The position numbers and the translations under genes were made by a program. 64,000 nt of DNA from Candidatus Enterousia avicola (GTDB taxonomy: Bacteria; Pseudomonadota; Alphaproteobacteria; Rs-D84), in assembly GCA_018714345.1 (NCBI GenBank), contig DVNO01000021.1, forward strand, positions 4,683 to 68,682, read 5' to 3'. Shown piece by piece: positions 45,652-58,044 of this stretch (its first letter is position 1; each line of letters begins with the position of its first letter). The notes below the pieces were generated by a model. It saw nothing but the letters and a program-made list of their open reading frames with translations, did not search any database and was not told the origin of the DNA.

Positions 45652-46716
45652 TTATTCTTGCGTAACTATCTCGTCCCTAATTTTTGAGACAGACGCAGCA
45701 CGCGCTGCAATAACGTCGTTCAAATTGGCGCCAGTTAAATCTGACGCGTATTTTATAGAATTTGCAAATGCCAATGCGTCACTATTTCCATGAGTTTTAA
45801 CTGCAAATCCCTTTAAACCTAAAAACGTCGCACCTGCATAGGAACGCGGGTCTATCTTATTCTTCAAACGCTTAAATACGTGCACCAAGAAAAATGCACC
45901 TATTATTGCAAGTATTGACTTTTTTAAGTTATCTACAAGTACACGCTTTATAAGCTTCGCAGTACCTTCTACTGTTTTTAAAACTATATTTCCGGTAAAA
46001 CCATCCGTAACAACAACTTGAACATTGCCGCCACCAATATCATTACCTTCTACAAAACCTATATACTCGTATGGCAACTCATCTTTATGCTCTGTTAAAA
46101 GTTTATTTAACTTCTGCAGAGTCTCATTACCTTTTGTCGCTTCTTCACCTATGTTCAAAACGCCGACTTTAGGTCTGGACATTTTCCCAATTACTTCTGC
46201 GTATACACTGCCAAGAATAGCAAAGTCAAACAAGTCTCGCTCGCCACACTGGACGTTGGCCCCCAAGTCTAGCACAACCACACGGGAATCACCACCACCA
46301 GATGGCAACATCGTTGTAATTGCAGGTCTTGAAATTCCATCTATTGTTTTTAGCGCCAATTTGGACAGGGACATTAATATTCCCGTGTTCCCCGCACTAA
46401 CTACGGCAGCAGAATTCCCTTCCCTGACGTCTTTTATTGCCATATACATCGATGTATCCTGAGAGTGACGTATAACATCACGAACCTTGTCCGTTCCCTT
46501 AATAACACCAGGTGCATCAATTACTTCGCAATTACGTGCGACACGTGGGTACTTAGCCAACAAAGGGTTTAAAACCTTTGTCTGACCAAATAGACGGAAG
46601 AACACCTTATCCTCACCATTTTGGTATAAAAACTGGTTCATACCACCTAAAACAGCATTGGGGCCTTTGTCACCGCCCATTGCGTCAATTGCTATAATTT
46701 TCTTTTCTGCTGACAT
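45652..46716 (-). CDS. plsX: phosphate acyltransferase PlsX
   Basis: 354 aa with IAIDAMGGDKGP, VSAGNTGI and VVTDGFTGNIVLKT motifs. Confidence 0.9.
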   Translation of the reverse strand: MSAEKKIIAIDAMGGDKGPNAVLGGMNQFLYQNGEDKVFFRLFGQTKVLNPLLAKYPRVARNCEVIDAPGVIKGTDKVRDVIRHSQDTSMYMAIKDVREGNSAAVVSAGNTGILMSLSKLALKTIDGISRPAITTMLPSGGGDSRVVVLDLGANVQCGERDLFDFAILGSVYAEVIGKMSRPKVGVLNIGEEATKGNETLQKLNKLLTEHKDELPYEYIGFVEGNDIGGGNVQVVVTDGFTGNIVLKTVEGTAKLIKRVLVDNLKKSILAIIGAFFLVHVFKRLKNKIDPRSYAGATFLGLKGFAVKTHGNSDALAFANSIKYASDLTGANLNDVIAARAASVSKIRDEIVTQE

Positions 46717-46788
46717 GATACAATTAAAAAAAGCAGAACCGGTTCATAAGTGCATGCCCCAAGTTCTGCCTTTAATCCTTTTAGTATA

Positions 46789-46938
46789 TTATTTTGCACC
46801 ACAAGCTGGACATACATGATGAGGACGCTTCTTCTCGCCACATGTCTTGCATACCGTGCAAGGCATCACAGACAATGCATCATGTGAACGACGCTGTGCT
46901 GAACGTGCTTTACTTGTTTTACTTTTTGGCGTTGCCAT
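46789..46938 (-). CDS. rpmF: 50S ribosomal protein L32
   Basis: My own translation, below the ORF-track cutoff: MATPKSKTSKARSAQRRSHDALSVMPCTVCKTCGEKKRPHHVCPACGAK (49 aa, CxxC..CxxC zinc ribbon). It sits directly upstream of plsX. Confidence 0.85.
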   Translation of the reverse strand: MATPKSKTSKARSAQRRSHDALSVMPCTVCKTCGEKKRPHHVCPACGAK

Positions 46939-47069
46939 TTCTTTATCCTTTTATTTACGGTTAAGTATTTTATTATAATCTTTCTCTTTTGCAAGGAAAA
47001 CTTTACTGTTCAACCGGTACGCCGCCCAAGGCATTTTTCGCAGCCCTAAGCGACGTTTTTATGCCCACG

Positions 47070-50000
47070 TTAGATATCCAACAACTGCTGTTGAGCGTTA
47101 CCCTCACGTGCAAGCTTTTCTGCTTTCTCTTCTTCCTTGGCGATTTCACGAACACGACGGACATACGCACCAGTACCAACAGGTATCAAACGACCAACTA
47201 TTAAGTTTTCGTTTATACCAACCAGTTTATCTGTTGCACCACTTATCGCTGCGTCTACCAATACTTTTGTCGTCTGTTGGAACGATGCATTGGATATGAA
47301 CGAACGACTTGTCAAAGATGCGCGTGTCAAACCTACCAATACCTGAGAAGATTCTGCAGGTCTGCCACCATCGTGTATTACCCTTGCATTTTCTTCTTCA
47401 AAATCAACACGGTCTACAACCTGCCCCATCAAGAACCCTGTATCGCCAGGATTGGTAATCTCAACACGGCGTGTCATCTCTCGTATCAGAATTTCAATAT
47501 GCTTGTCGTTGATTGACACACCCTGCAAACGGTAAACTTGCTGAATCTGTTCAACCATAAACGTAGCCAATGCTTTCTGACCTAAGATACGCAAAATGTC
47601 TTGTGGTACAGGATCTCCATCAACCAGCTTGTCCGCCTTCTTAACGACGTCACCGCTACGGACCAACAAGTTAGTACCCTTTGGCACAGCATATTCTACT
47701 GGCGCCGTACCGTCTTCTGGCATGATACGGATAATGATTTTTGATTTTGCATCTTCCAATTCAATCGTTCCGTCAACCTCTGCTAGTAACGCTGGGTTCG
47801 CAGGACGACGAACTTCTAACAGTTCGTTAACTCGTGGTAGACCACCGGTAATATCGCCCGTACGCTTCGTTTGTACTGGAATACGCGCCAAAACATCACC
47901 AGCCGCAACAGTAGAACCATTCGACACATTCAGGATAGAATACATAGGTAATAAGTATTCAGCAATTTTCTTGCCACCCAATGATATTACCTGCCCCTTT
48001 TCGTCAACCAATGTTATTGCCGGATTCAGAGCTTTCTTTGTATTAGCTTTCCAGTTTATAACCTTGCGAGAAACAATACCCGTCGTAGAATCTACTTCTT
48101 CCTGATATGATACGTTCTCAATCAAGTCTTGGAACTGAACTATACCGTCTTTTTCAGCGATAATTGTGTTGGCATATGGGTCCCATTCTGCAACCTTTGC
48201 ACCTTTTTCGACCTTGTCCCCATCATTTACAATCATCATTGCGGCATATGGCAACTTTGTTGTAAATAATTTTTCGCCCTTGTCATCCACAACAGACAAT
48301 TCACCGTTACGTGACAGAACTACAATACGACCAGCCGAGTTCTTAATCGTATTAACACCAGACAATTTAATCGTACCAGCGACAGGAACTTCAATATAGT
48401 GACTTTCTGCCCCACCAGACGCAACACCACCAATGTGGAAGGTACGCAACGTCAACTGAGTACCAGGTTCACCAATTGACTGACCCGCAATAACACCGAC
48501 CGCTTCACCTACATGAACCAATGCCTGACGAGACAAGTCCATACCATAGCACTTTGCACACAAACCATCACTGCAGCAAGTCAATACACTACGTACATCG
48601 ACACTTGGTAAACCAGATTCATTAATCTTACGTGCCGCAACCTTCGTTACCAACTCGCCCGCAGGAACGATTACTTCCTTAGTAATTGGGTGAACAATAT
48701 CATGTGCCGCTGTACGTCCCAAAACTACGTCACCCAATGGAACTGCCAATGTGCTGCCCTGATATACTGGTTTCGCTGTAATGTATTCCGTTGTACCACA
48801 GTCATGTTCTGTAATAACGGTATTCTGCGCCAATTCAACCAAACGACGTGTTAAATAACCAGCGTCAGCAGTCTTCAAAGCCGTATCCGACATACCTTTA
48901 CGCGCACCGTGAGTTGACGTAAAGTATTCCGCCATTGTCAGACCTTCCTTAAAGTTCGAAATAATAGGAACTTCAATAATAGATCCGTCTGGTTTCTGCA
49001 TCATACCACGCATACCAGCAACCTGCTGAATCTGACGTTTTGAACCACGCGCACCTGACAAAGCCATCATCAAAACAGAATTCCAATGATCACCCGTTGT
49101 CTTACCCAGCGCAGCATATGCCAAGTCACCAATCTTATCCGTTGTGTTCTGCCACAAGTCAATCAACTTATTGTGCTTTTCACCACCAGATAACAAACCG
49201 TTTTGGTATTGTTCATTAATTTCTTCAGCTGCTTTTTCTGTTTCTTCAATAATGACTTTCTTTTCTTCTGGAATAACGATGTCCTCGTAACCAATAGAAA
49301 TACCACTGCGTGCAGCCTGTTCAAAACCAGTATCTTTCAAAGCGTCTGCCAACAGAATCGTTGCCTTATCACCACAACGTTCATAAGTAGTCGCCAACAA
49401 AGACTTGATTTCACCAACTGGCATAACTTTATTCACCAAATCAAACGGCATGTTTTCAGACTTTGGTAACAATTCACCCAAAATCATACGACCTGCTGTT
49501 GTCTTGTAAATTTTACCGTTTATACGCGCAACAATAGGCGTGTGTAATGTGATAGACTTATTTTCCAAAGCCATCTTTACTTCGTCCATATTTGCAAAAC
49601 GTGGCGATTTGTCTGTGTGTTCACCGTTTATCAAAGAGATATAGTAAACACCCAAAACCATGTCTTGTGATGGAACAATCATAGGTTCACCGTTTGCAGG
49701 TGACAATATGTTGTTAGAAGACAACATTAATGTACGCGCTTCCAATTGTGCTTCCAATGAAATTGGAACGTGTACAGCCATCTGGTCACCGTCAAAGTCG
49801 GCGTTAAATCCCTTACATACCAATGGGTGTAAACGAATAGCCTTGCCTTCAATCAAAACAGGTTCAAATGCCAACATAGACAATCTGTGTAGAGTTGGCT
49901 GACGGTTCAACAATACAGGATGTTCATGAATAACCTTTTCCAAGATTTCCCATACAACATCTTCACCGTTTTCAACCATCTTACGCGCTGTCTTTAACGT

Positions 50001-51179
50001 ATTAGCATAATCACCAGCCATTAAACGTGCAAAAACAAATGGTTTAAACAATTCCAATGCCATAGTTTTTGGCAAACCAACCTGATGTAATTTCAAAGAT
50101 GGTCCTGACACAATAACACTACGGCCAGAATAATCAACACGCTTACCTAACAAGTTCATACGGAAACGTCCAGACTTACCACGTAAAGAATCTGACAGAG
50201 ACTTTAATGGACGGCGGTTCTGAGAAACCATAGGACGTGCCTTGTGTCCGTTATCAAACAAAGAATCTACCGCTTCCTGCAACATACGCTTTTCATTGCG
50301 CACGATAATTTCAGGTGCGTGCATTTCTATAAATCTTTTCAAACGATTGTTTCTGATGATTACACGACGGTACAAATCATTCAGATCAGATGCCGCGACA
50401 TGTCCCGCATCCAATGTAACCAACGGACGCATATCTGGTGGAATTACAGGTATAACGTCTGGCAACATCCAAGCAGGGTCCGTTTTAGAATCCAAAAATG
50501 CTTCAACCAGCTTCAACTGCTTTATTAAGCCTTTACGCTTTGAATCAGACTTCGTTTCAGCCAATTCTGCGCGTAAACGTGTACGCTCGTCACCCATGTC
50601 AAGATTTGCTATTATGCTGCGAATTCCTTCTGCACCTATACCTACGTGGAATGCGTCTGCACCAAATTCCTCAACAGCTTTCTGATATTCATCTTCACTG
50701 ATAACATCATATTGCTTCAAGCTTGTTAAGCCTGGTTCAATAACAATATAGGCATCATAAGAAATAACCTGCTCTAACTTTTTCTGAGGTAAATTATTCA
50801 ACAATGTCGCAATTTTACCTTCGCGCAAGAACCACGTGTGTGCAACAGGCATTGCTAACTTAATGTGCCCCATACGTTCACGACGTACGTTTGATGGTCC
50901 AACTTCTACACCGCAACGTTCGCAAACTACACCACGGAACTTTATTCTTTTATACTTTCCGCACGCACATTCATAATCCTTTACAGGACCAAAAATCTGC
51001 TGACAAAACAATCCCTCTGGCTCTGGTTTCAGAGAGTGATAATTAATTGTTTCTGGTTTTTTTACTTCACCATGAGACCAAGAAAGTATTTCTTCCGGTG
51101 ACGCAATCGTAATGCGTAACGCGTCAAACTGTTCCTTGGTTTCTATCTGTCCAAATATCTTCTGCAACATATTGGTCAT
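47070..51179 (-). CDS. rpoC: DNA-directed RNA polymerase beta' subunit
   Basis: 1369 aa with a zinc-binding CxC..CxxC near the N-terminus and the catalytic NADFDGDQM motif. Confidence 0.97.
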   Translation of the reverse strand: MTNMLQKIFGQIETKEQFDALRITIASPEEILSWSHGEVKKPETINYHSLKPEPEGLFCQQIFGPVKDYECACGKYKRIKFRGVVCERCGVEVGPSNVRRERMGHIKLAMPVAHTWFLREGKIATLLNNLPQKKLEQVISYDAYIVIEPGLTSLKQYDVISEDEYQKAVEEFGADAFHVGIGAEGIRSIIANLDMGDERTRLRAELAETKSDSKRKGLIKQLKLVEAFLDSKTDPAWMLPDVIPVIPPDMRPLVTLDAGHVAASDLNDLYRRVIIRNNRLKRFIEMHAPEIIVRNEKRMLQEAVDSLFDNGHKARPMVSQNRRPLKSLSDSLRGKSGRFRMNLLGKRVDYSGRSVIVSGPSLKLHQVGLPKTMALELFKPFVFARLMAGDYANTLKTARKMVENGEDVVWEILEKVIHEHPVLLNRQPTLHRLSMLAFEPVLIEGKAIRLHPLVCKGFNADFDGDQMAVHVPISLEAQLEARTLMLSSNNILSPANGEPMIVPSQDMVLGVYYISLINGEHTDKSPRFANMDEVKMALENKSITLHTPIVARINGKIYKTTAGRMILGELLPKSENMPFDLVNKVMPVGEIKSLLATTYERCGDKATILLADALKDTGFEQAARSGISIGYEDIVIPEEKKVIIEETEKAAEEINEQYQNGLLSGGEKHNKLIDLWQNTTDKIGDLAYAALGKTTGDHWNSVLMMALSGARGSKRQIQQVAGMRGMMQKPDGSIIEVPIISNFKEGLTMAEYFTSTHGARKGMSDTALKTADAGYLTRRLVELAQNTVITEHDCGTTEYITAKPVYQGSTLAVPLGDVVLGRTAAHDIVHPITKEVIVPAGELVTKVAARKINESGLPSVDVRSVLTCCSDGLCAKCYGMDLSRQALVHVGEAVGVIAGQSIGEPGTQLTLRTFHIGGVASGGAESHYIEVPVAGTIKLSGVNTIKNSAGRIVVLSRNGELSVVDDKGEKLFTTKLPYAAMMIVNDGDKVEKGAKVAEWDPYANTIIAEKDGIVQFQDLIENVSYQEEVDSTTGIVSRKVINWKANTKKALNPAITLVDEKGQVISLGGKKIAEYLLPMYSILNVSNGSTVAAGDVLARIPVQTKRTGDITGGLPRVNELLEVRRPANPALLAEVDGTIELEDAKSKIIIRIMPEDGTAPVEYAVPKGTNLLVRSGDVVKKADKLVDGDPVPQDILRILGQKALATFMVEQIQQVYRLQGVSINDKHIEILIREMTRRVEITNPGDTGFLMGQVVDRVDFEEENARVIHDGGRPAESSQVLVGLTRASLTSRSFISNASFQQTTKVLVDAAISGATDKLVGINENLIVGRLIPVGTGAYVRRVREIAKEEEKAEKLAREGNAQQQLLDI

Positions 51180-51252
51180 ATATTTTGCTCCTTTCAGTCG
51201 CTAAAAGCTTTTCTTGACCGATACCTTTAAGTATGGGTACCGGTCAAAGTCA

Positions 51253-54200
51253 TTAGTCTATTTTCTTTGGTGTTAACGCCAAACCTAACCCGCGCAATTC
51301 ACGTACAAACACGTTAAACGCTTCTGGTGTACCAGTCTGGAAATCGTTGCTGCCCGATATAATCGCTTCGTACATCTTTGTACGCCCAACTATATCATCC
51401 GACTTTACAGTCAACATTTCACGCAACAGGTGAGCTGCACCATGAGCTTCCAATGCCCACACTTCCATTTCACCTAAACGCTGACCACCCATATGGGCCT
51501 TACCAGACAACGGCTGTTGCGTTACCAACGAATAATTACCAATAGAACGTGCGTGAATCTTTTCATCAACCAAGTGATGCAGTTTCAGCATGTACATTAC
51601 ACCAACTGTTACAGGACGAGCAAACTTTTCACCAGTCATACCATCATACAAAGTAAACTGCCCTGATTCTGGTAATTTCGCCAATTTCAACATACGCTTG
51701 ATGTCTTCTGACGTCGCACCATCAAATGTTGGTGTAGCCATAGGAACACCGTCTTTCAACAGCGCAGCTTCTGCACGGACGTCTGTGTCGGTCATCTTGT
51801 CAAGCTTTTCGGCCATGTCTTTACCGTAAACCTTGCCCATCACCGCACGTAAATCATCCGTTACAGCACGTTTCTGCTTTACTTCTTCCAAAACAGCACC
51901 AATCTGTTGACCCAGTGTACGCGCAGCCATACCAAGGTGTGTTTCCAAAATCTGACCTAAGTTCATACGACTAGGCACACCTAATGGATTCAATACCAAA
52001 TCAACTGGCGTTCCGTCTTCCATATAAGGCATGTCTTCAATAGGCACAACCTTTGATACAATACCCTTGTTACCATGACGACCAGCCATCTTATCACCAG
52101 GCTGCAACTTCATCTTATGTGCAATGTATACTTTCACTTCTTTCAGTACGCCTGCACCCAAAGAATTCGTCTCTGTTGCCTTGGCTATTTCTGCATCTGC
52201 CTTTTCATTCAGTGCTTTCAACTTAGCCACGTGCTGTTCACGTAGTTCATCAATCTTTGCCTGTGCTTCTTTGTTGCGAACAACAATCTTCTTCACATCA
52301 GCAGGTTTGATACCTTCAAAGACTTCCTGTGTAAGTTTCTTGCCTATAAATGGCTTTAAACTTCCAGTACCGCTGTCAATAACCTGACCTTCTGCAATTT
52401 GGAAAATCTGATCCGCAAAGCCGCGCTCTATAATAGAAGTTTCTTCTTCGCGATCTTTGTTTATTTTCTCTATCTTTTGCAGTTCAATCATCTGTGTGCG
52501 CTCGTCTTTCTTTACACCATGACGTGTCAAGACGTTAACACCAATTACAGTACCTTCTTCGTTCGGACCTACACGCAAAGATGTATCTTTTACGTTAAGT
52601 GCTTTTTCACCAAAGATGTTACGCAATAACGCTTCTTCTGGTGTCAACAAGGTCTCGGATTTTGGAGATACACGACCTACCAAAATATCACCCTGTTTTA
52701 CACGTGCACCAACATAAATAATACCAGATTCATCCAAGTTCTTTAACGCTTCTTCACTGACGTTTGGAATATCACGTGTCAGACTTTCTGGCCCTAATTG
52801 AGTATCACGAACTTTAAATTCTTTCTCGACAATCTTTATAGACGTAAACACATCATCACGTGAAATGCGTTCGGAAATAACGATAGAGTCTTCATAGTTA
52901 TATCCACGCCATGGAACGAATGCCACCAAGACGTTGCGTCCCAAAGCCAATTCTCCGTAATTCATAGAAGAACCGTCCGCGATAATGTCGCCAGCAGAAA
53001 TACGATCACCTACTTTTACCAATGGTTTCTGGTGAATCAATGTTTCACTGTTGCTACGTTCAAACTTTTCCAAATTGTAAATATCAACACCCGTCACAAC
53101 ATTGCGGCTGTTCATACATTTTACAACGATACGGTTCGCATCAACAGATTCAACAACACCACTGTGCTTTGCAGCAACACCAGTTCTTGAATCACGTGCA
53201 ACTTCACGTTCGATACCTGTTCCAACTAATGGTGCCTGAACACGCATCAAAGGAATCGCCTGACGCTGCATGTTAGATCCCATCAACGCACGGTTCGCGT
53301 CGTCATTTTCTACGAAAGGAATCAAACCTGTTGCAATTGATACCACCTGACGTGGTTCAACGTCGATAAGGTCAATTTCTTCTTTCGGAACCATTGTAAA
53401 TTCACCATCTACACGTGCCGTAACAACGTCTTCTGCTAAGACTCCATTAGACGTTGTAGGTGTATTACCTTGCGCTATCTTATGCCCCAATTCCTCGTCA
53501 GCGGTCAGATATACCATCTTGTCTGTAATTTTGCTGTTTTCAACAACATAGTATGGCGTTTCAATAAATCCGTATGGATTTACACGAGCATACGTTGCCA
53601 AGTGGTTAATCAAACCAATATTCGCACCTTCTGGTGTGTTAATTGGGCAAAGTCTTCCATAGTGAGTTGGATGAACGTCTCGGACGTCAATACCCGCACG
53701 ATCACGGTTCAAACCACCAGGACCTAATGCAGAAATACGACGCTTGTGTTCCAATTCAGACAATGGATTATACGCATCCATAAACTGTGACAACTGTGAG
53801 GTTCCCAAGAACTCTGATACCAAGGACATCAATGGTTTTACATTGATAACATCCTGTGGTTGCATATTGGCAATGTTCGGAGAAGACAAGCTTTCACGAA
53901 CCAGACGTTCAATACGAACCATACCTGTGCGGAATGTCTGTTCTAACAATTCACCAACTGTACGAACACGACGATTTGATAAGTTATCTATATCATCAAC
54001 CGTGTCTTTGTGATCAATTATGTTGGTAAGTGTTTTCAATACCGCCAAGAAATCTGACTTCGTTAATAAACGTTCATCTTCTGGTTTTTTGCCAGAATCT
54101 ATCTTTAAACGCTTATTCATCTTAAAACGACCAACAGCCGACAAATCATAATATGCTGGGTCAAAACCTTGACGCATAAACAAGTTAATCGCTGCCTCTA

Positions 54201-55392
54201 ACGTTGGACGTTCACCAGGACGAATAATGTTATAGATTTCAATCAAAGCTTCTTCACGATTTACTGTCTTATCCGCAATCAATGTATTGCGCATATGGGC
54301 AGAAATTGTAGTATTGTCTATGGCTATCAAAGATATTTCTTTGACATTCATCTTCTCTAAGTCAGCAATAACATCTGGCGTGATTTCTGTACCAGAACGA
54401 TACAATACATTACCTTCTGCATCCAAAATCGGATCAAACAAATATTCGCCAATCAAAGAATCTTGAACAATTCCAAAATCTTTGGAAGCGTTCATAACCT
54501 TTGACAAACGCTTTGCGTTCATACGATCGCCCTTAGACGCTAATGGCTTTTTGTCTTTTGGATTAATTAAATCATAATTCAAACGATACTTATCCAGACT
54601 TTCAAAAGATGCCGTCTGACCAATCCACATATTCCCATCGAACTTCAAAGGAATCTTCTTGTAGAACACGTTCAAAATTTCTGTGTCATCCATTCCACGA
54701 ATTGTCGGTTTACGTGGATCTGCCTGCCACTTCTTTTCATCTTCTGCACAAGGCAAGCAACGCAACAGAACAGTTGCTGGAATCTTACGACGACGGTCAA
54801 TACGAACATAAATAACGCCCTTAGATTCTTCAAAATCAATCCAGCTACCATGTTCCGGAATGATACGAGCTGTATAAGTAATCGGGTTTCCTGCGATTTT
54901 TGCTTCCTTGGTTGTGGCGAACACTACACCTTGGGCACGATGCATCTGAGAAACAATTACACGTTCCACACCAGCAGCAATGAAACTACCACGGTCTGTC
55001 ATCAAAGGCACTTCGCCCATAAATATTTCTTGTTCTTTAATATCGCGCAGCGTTTTCTTGCCGTCTTCTGCGATATCCCACAAAATCAATCTCAGCTTCA
55101 GCTTCAACTTGCTAGAATAATTCAAGTTGCGCAGCATACATTCTTTCTCGTTATAGACAGGTTTGTCTAATGTATATTCAACGAATTCCAAATCTGCAAT
55201 GCCTGCATAGTCTTTGATTGGGAACATAGATGAAAATACATTCTGCAGACCAATATTCTTTCTGTTCTGCGGATCAACGTCTGCCTGCAAGAAATCTTTG
55301 TAAGAATTATATTGAATTTCAACTAAATCAGGAAGCGGAGTTTGCAAAAAACTTTTTCCAAAAGATTTTCTGAATTTCTGGATAATTGCCAT
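51253..55392 (-). CDS. rpoB: DNA-directed RNA polymerase beta subunit
   Basis: The start is set at [13 protein letters not shown] (RBS aaggat). Rif-region and [12 protein letters not shown] motifs present. The ORF-track start at 55434 adds 14 unlikely residues. Confidence 0.97.
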   Translation of the reverse strand: MAIIQKFRKSFGKSFLQTPLPDLVEIQYNSYKDFLQADVDPQNRKNIGLQNVFSSMFPIKDYAGIADLEFVEYTLDKPVYNEKECMLRNLNYSSKLKLKLRLILWDIAEDGKKTLRDIKEQEIFMGEVPLMTDRGSFIAAGVERVIVSQMHRAQGVVFATTKEAKIAGNPITYTARIIPEHGSWIDFEESKGVIYVRIDRRRKIPATVLLRCLPCAEDEKKWQADPRKPTIRGMDDTEILNVFYKKIPLKFDGNMWIGQTASFESLDKYRLNYDLINPKDKKPLASKGDRMNAKRLSKVMNASKDFGIVQDSLIGEYLFDPILDAEGNVLYRSGTEITPDVIADLEKMNVKEISLIAIDNTTISAHMRNTLIADKTVNREEALIEIYNIIRPGERPTLEAAINLFMRQGFDPAYYDLSAVGRFKMNKRLKIDSGKKPEDERLLTKSDFLAVLKTLTNIIDHKDTVDDIDNLSNRRVRTVGELLEQTFRTGMVRIERLVRESLSSPNIANMQPQDVINVKPLMSLVSEFLGTSQLSQFMDAYNPLSELEHKRRISALGPGGLNRDRAGIDVRDVHPTHYGRLCPINTPEGANIGLINHLATYARVNPYGFIETPYYVVENSKITDKMVYLTADEELGHKIAQGNTPTTSNGVLAEDVVTARVDGEFTMVPKEEIDLIDVEPRQVVSIATGLIPFVENDDANRALMGSNMQRQAIPLMRVQAPLVGTGIEREVARDSRTGVAAKHSGVVESVDANRIVVKCMNSRNVVTGVDIYNLEKFERSNSETLIHQKPLVKVGDRISAGDIIADGSSMNYGELALGRNVLVAFVPWRGYNYEDSIVISERISRDDVFTSIKIVEKEFKVRDTQLGPESLTRDIPNVSEEALKNLDESGIIYVGARVKQGDILVGRVSPKSETLLTPEEALLRNIFGEKALNVKDTSLRVGPNEEGTVIGVNVLTRHGVKKDERTQMIELQKIEKINKDREEETSIIERGFADQIFQIAEGQVIDSGTGSLKPFIGKKLTQEVFEGIKPADVKKIVVRNKEAQAKIDELREQHVAKLKALNEKADAEIAKATETNSLGAGVLKEVKVYIAHKMKLQPGDKMAGRHGNKGIVSKVVPIEDMPYMEDGTPVDLVLNPLGVPSRMNLGQILETHLGMAARTLGQQIGAVLEEVKQKRAVTDDLRAVMGKVYGKDMAEKLDKMTDTDVRAEAALLKDGVPMATPTFDGATSEDIKRMLKLAKLPESGQFTLYDGMTGEKFARPVTVGVMYMLKLHHLVDEKIHARSIGNYSLVTQQPLSGKAHMGGQRLGEMEVWALEAHGAAHLLREMLTVKSDDIVGRTKMYEAIISGSNDFQTGTPEAFNVFVRELRGLGLALTPKKID

Positions 55393-55552
55393 TGGTATCA
55401 ATCCTTTTTTTTGTGCGTTTTGCAAACGAAACAATTTCTATATGTTTTATACGCCTTTGTGCCCACCTAGGGAAAAATCCCCAGATGGGCGGCGTTCGCG
55501 CAGTAATATACTGCGACTTAAATGTTCTGGAACAACTAGGTTCCAAGGTGAA

Positions 55553-55921
55553 TTATTTCAATTCTACCTTTGCACCTGCCGCTTCCAACGTAGCTTTCAT
55601 CTTTTCAGCTTCGTCTTTAGCAACAGCTTCTTTAACTGCCTTTGGTGCGGATTCTACCAATGCTTTGGCTTCGCCCAAACCTAAACCAGTCATTTCTTTA
55701 ACGGCTTTGATTACTGCTAATTTGTTAGCACCAACTTCAGCCAGAACGACGTCAAATTCGCTCTTTTCTTCTGCAGCAGCACCTGCAGCTGGACCAGCAG
55801 CAACTGCAACAGCAGCAGCAGCGCTTACGCCCCAAGTTTCTTCCAACGCTTTGGACAGTTCAACTGCTTCCAAAACGGTCAATTTTGACAATTCGTCAAC
55901 TAATTTTTGAATGTCTGCCAT
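55553..55921 (-). CDS. rplL: 50S ribosomal protein L7/L12
   Basis: 122 aa with an Ala-rich hinge and C-terminal [19 protein letters not shown]. Confidence 0.95.
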   Translation of the reverse strand: MADIQKLVDELSKLTVLEAVELSKALEETWGVSAAAAVAVAAGPAAGAAAEEKSEFDVVLAEVGANKLAVIKAVKEMTGLGLGEAKALVESAPKAVKEAVAKDEAEKMKATLEAAGAKVELK

Positions 55922-55970
55922 TTTTTTAGCTCCTATTCAGTAAATCAGAACTTTAACGTTCTGGTTATTT

Positions 55971-56447
55971 TTAATTCTTTTTTCCATACTCTGCGGAAAC
56001 GCGAGCCAAACGCGATGCTGGTTCAACCAAGATACGCGCAATAGTACCACGAATTTCCAACAGGGACGGCAGTTTGGATAATTGCAAAATATCGTCTTTG
56101 CTCAGAACCCCTTCATCCATCTTACCACCAACAATTGTCAAGTTTGGATGTGCATCTGCAAACTTTGCCAATACTTTGGTAACCGCCAAACCATCAGTTG
56201 CAACAGCAACAGCAGTTGGACGCTTCATCATTTCGGATACGGGTTCAAAGTCAGTGTCTTTTAACGCCAACTTCATCAAACGGTTTTTGACAACTTTGAA
56301 TACAGAAACCAATGGGCGTAATTCATTACGCAATGCTTCCATTTCTTTTACAGTCAAACCATGGTTTTCAATAACGAAAACACCGTTCGCTTCTTTCAAG
56401 GACGATTGCAACGCTGAAATCAAATCTGATTTTTCTTCGCGTCTCAT
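55971..56447 (-). CDS. rplJ: 50S ribosomal protein L10
   Basis: 158 aa, upstream of rplL. Typical L10 N-terminal pattern (REEK..LI..L...L......V....GLTV.EM..LR). Confidence 0.9.
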   Translation of the reverse strand: MRREEKSDLISALQSSLKEANGVFVIENHGLTVKEMEALRNELRPLVSVFKVVKNRLMKLALKDTDFEPVSEMMKRPTAVAVATDGLAVTKVLAKFADAHPNLTIVGGKMDEGVLSKDDILQLSKLPSLLEIRGTIARILVEPASRLARVSAEYGKKN

Positions 56448-56656
56448 ATCTTTACCCTTATCTGCAAGATTCTGAACCTAAATTCAAAATCCCTGTTTTG
56501 TTAAACTTTCCATCCAACGTTCCCGTCGGGTGGGGCCTGCTTCTGCCCCAAAGAATCTTTTCTTTGTCTATGATGGCAATTAAGTCCATTTCTGGGCACC
56601 ATCAGTCTCGGACAGAAATCTGTACGCGGTAAGGAAATTTCCCCACCGCGATTTCA
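56448..56656 (-). promoter_or_regulatory. structured rplJ 5' leader (candidate L10 autoregulatory leader)
   Basis: 209-nt untranslated gap between rplA and rplJ with GC-rich paired segments (e.g. ggggcagaagcaggcccc on the minus strand) in AT-rich DNA. The location matches known L10 leaders. Confidence 0.4.
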
Positions 56657-57331
56657 TTATTTTATATCAACCTTTAATCCAGGTCCCTGAGTCGTCGCAA
56701 CAGCGGCACCCAAAATGTACTGACCCTTTACGGATGCAGGTTTTACTTTCTTTAGCTGTTCAACCAATGCATTTACATTTTCAACCAATTTATCAGTTGC
56801 AAATGACATTTTACCTACACCGGCGTGAATGATACCCTTCTTTTCCGCACGATATTCAATCTGACCAGCTTTCGCAGTCGCTACCGCTTCTGCAACATTG
56901 TTCGTAACCGTACCCAATTTTGGATTCGGCATTAAACCTTTTGGTCCCAAAATACGTGCAATTTTTGACATCTTTGGCATCATATCTGGTGTTGCAATTA
57001 CACGGTCAAAATTAATTTCACCCGCTGCAACTTTTTCAATCAGATCTTCACCACCAACAACGTCAGCACCAGCTTTCTTCGCTTCATCTGCCGCGTTTAC
57101 TGTAAACACAGCAACACGAACTGTTTTACCTGTGCCATTTGGTAAAGATACCATACCACGAATGTTTTGATCTGCTTTGGTAACATCAACACCCAAACGG
57201 ATAGCTACTTCCAAAGTCTCATCAAATTTCTTCGATGTATATTCACGCAATGCTTCAATAGCTTCGGCTAAAGAATAAACTTTGTCTTGGTCCAATTTTG
57301 CCCAAGTCTGCTGTCTTTTTGTAGCTTTCAT
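56657..57331 (-). CDS. rplA: 50S ribosomal protein L1
   Basis: 224 aa with FDETLEVAIRLGVD and LGPKGLMPNPK. Confidence 0.95.
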   Translation of the reverse strand: MKATKRQQTWAKLDQDKVYSLAEAIEALREYTSKKFDETLEVAIRLGVDVTKADQNIRGMVSLPNGTGKTVRVAVFTVNAADEAKKAGADVVGGEDLIEKVAAGEINFDRVIATPDMMPKMSKIARILGPKGLMPNPKLGTVTNNVAEAVATAKAGQIEYRAEKKGIIHAGVGKMSFATDKLVENVNALVEQLKKVKPASVKGQYILGAAVATTQGPGLKVDIK

Positions 57332-57334
57332 ATC

Positions 57335-57769
57335 TTATTCCTCCACCTTTACGCCCATCGAACGGCATTGACCCGCAACAATATTCATAGCAGATTCAAT
57401 GGTAGAGCAATTCAAATCCGGCATCTTATTTTCAGCAATCTCGCGAATTTGTGCTTTGGTTATTGTACCAACAAAATCACGACCTGGTTTATGAGAACCA
57501 ATTTTCAGCTTCAACGCCTTTTTAATATAGTACGATACAGGTGGCAGTTTCATAATAAATTCAAAACTGCGGTCCGTATAAACAGTAATAATGCAAGGAA
57601 TTGGCATTCCTGGTTCTTTATCAGCCGTTTTATCGTTAAACTGTTTGCAGAACTCTGCAATGTTTACACCAGCAGCACCCAACGCCGGTCCAATTGGTGG
57701 CGCAGGATTAGCCTGCTTCGCGGGGACAACTAGTTTAACAATCCCCTTTAATTCTTTTTTTGCTGCCAT
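57335..57769 (-). CDS. rplK: 50S ribosomal protein L11
   Basis: 144 aa with PAKQANPAPPIGPALG and NIAEFCKQFN. Confidence 0.95.
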   Translation of the reverse strand: MAAKKELKGIVKLVVPAKQANPAPPIGPALGAAGVNIAEFCKQFNDKTADKEPGMPIPCIITVYTDRSFEFIMKLPPVSYYIKKALKLKIGSHKPGRDFVGTITKAQIREIAENKMPDLNCSTIESAMNIVAGQCRSMGVKVEE

Positions 57770-57864
57770 TTTTATTCACTCCATTTTTTTGGTTAGTGTT
57801 TGTGGTTCGATGTGGCGCATCTACCACAGGATTTTTTAAGAATCTTTCTCAAAAATCCAAAAAC

Positions 57865-58044
57865 TTACTTTTTATTTTCTTTCGTCTTTGCTATCACCGT
57901 ATCTACAAAAGCACGCCTTTCTTTAGCAAACTTTTCAACCATCTCTTTCGTTTCGGGCTTCTGACGCCATCTTTCTAGCGCTTCAATTAACTCTTGCCTA
58001 GAAAACCTTACAACCAACCTTCCTGTCAAATCCCGATATACCAT
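57865..58044 (-). CDS. hypothetical 59-aa protein between nusG and rplK
   Basis: My own translation, below the ORF-track cutoff: MVYRDLTGRLVVRFSRQELIEALERWRQKPETKEMVEKFAKERRAFVDTVIAKTKENKK. The ATG lies 3 nt after the nusG stop. It has a strand-then-helix look (RHH-like?). Confidence 0.4.
   Translation of the reverse strand: MVYRDLTGRLVVRFSRQELIEALERWRQKPETKEMVEKFAKERRAFVDTVIAKTKENKK

Noticed and set aside
47070-55434. Numerous 60-170-aa ORFs antisense to or out of frame with rpoB/rpoC (e.g. 47596..48105, 50242..50685, 54850..55170)
   Set aside because: They lie entirely within highly conserved, unambiguous rpoB/rpoC coding sequence, with low-complexity translations and no RBS.
55386-55910. 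174-aa plus-strand ORF opposite rplL
   Set aside because: It is the antisense of the Ala-rich L7/L12 gene and the rpoB leader, giving an Ala/Ser-rich shadow ORF.
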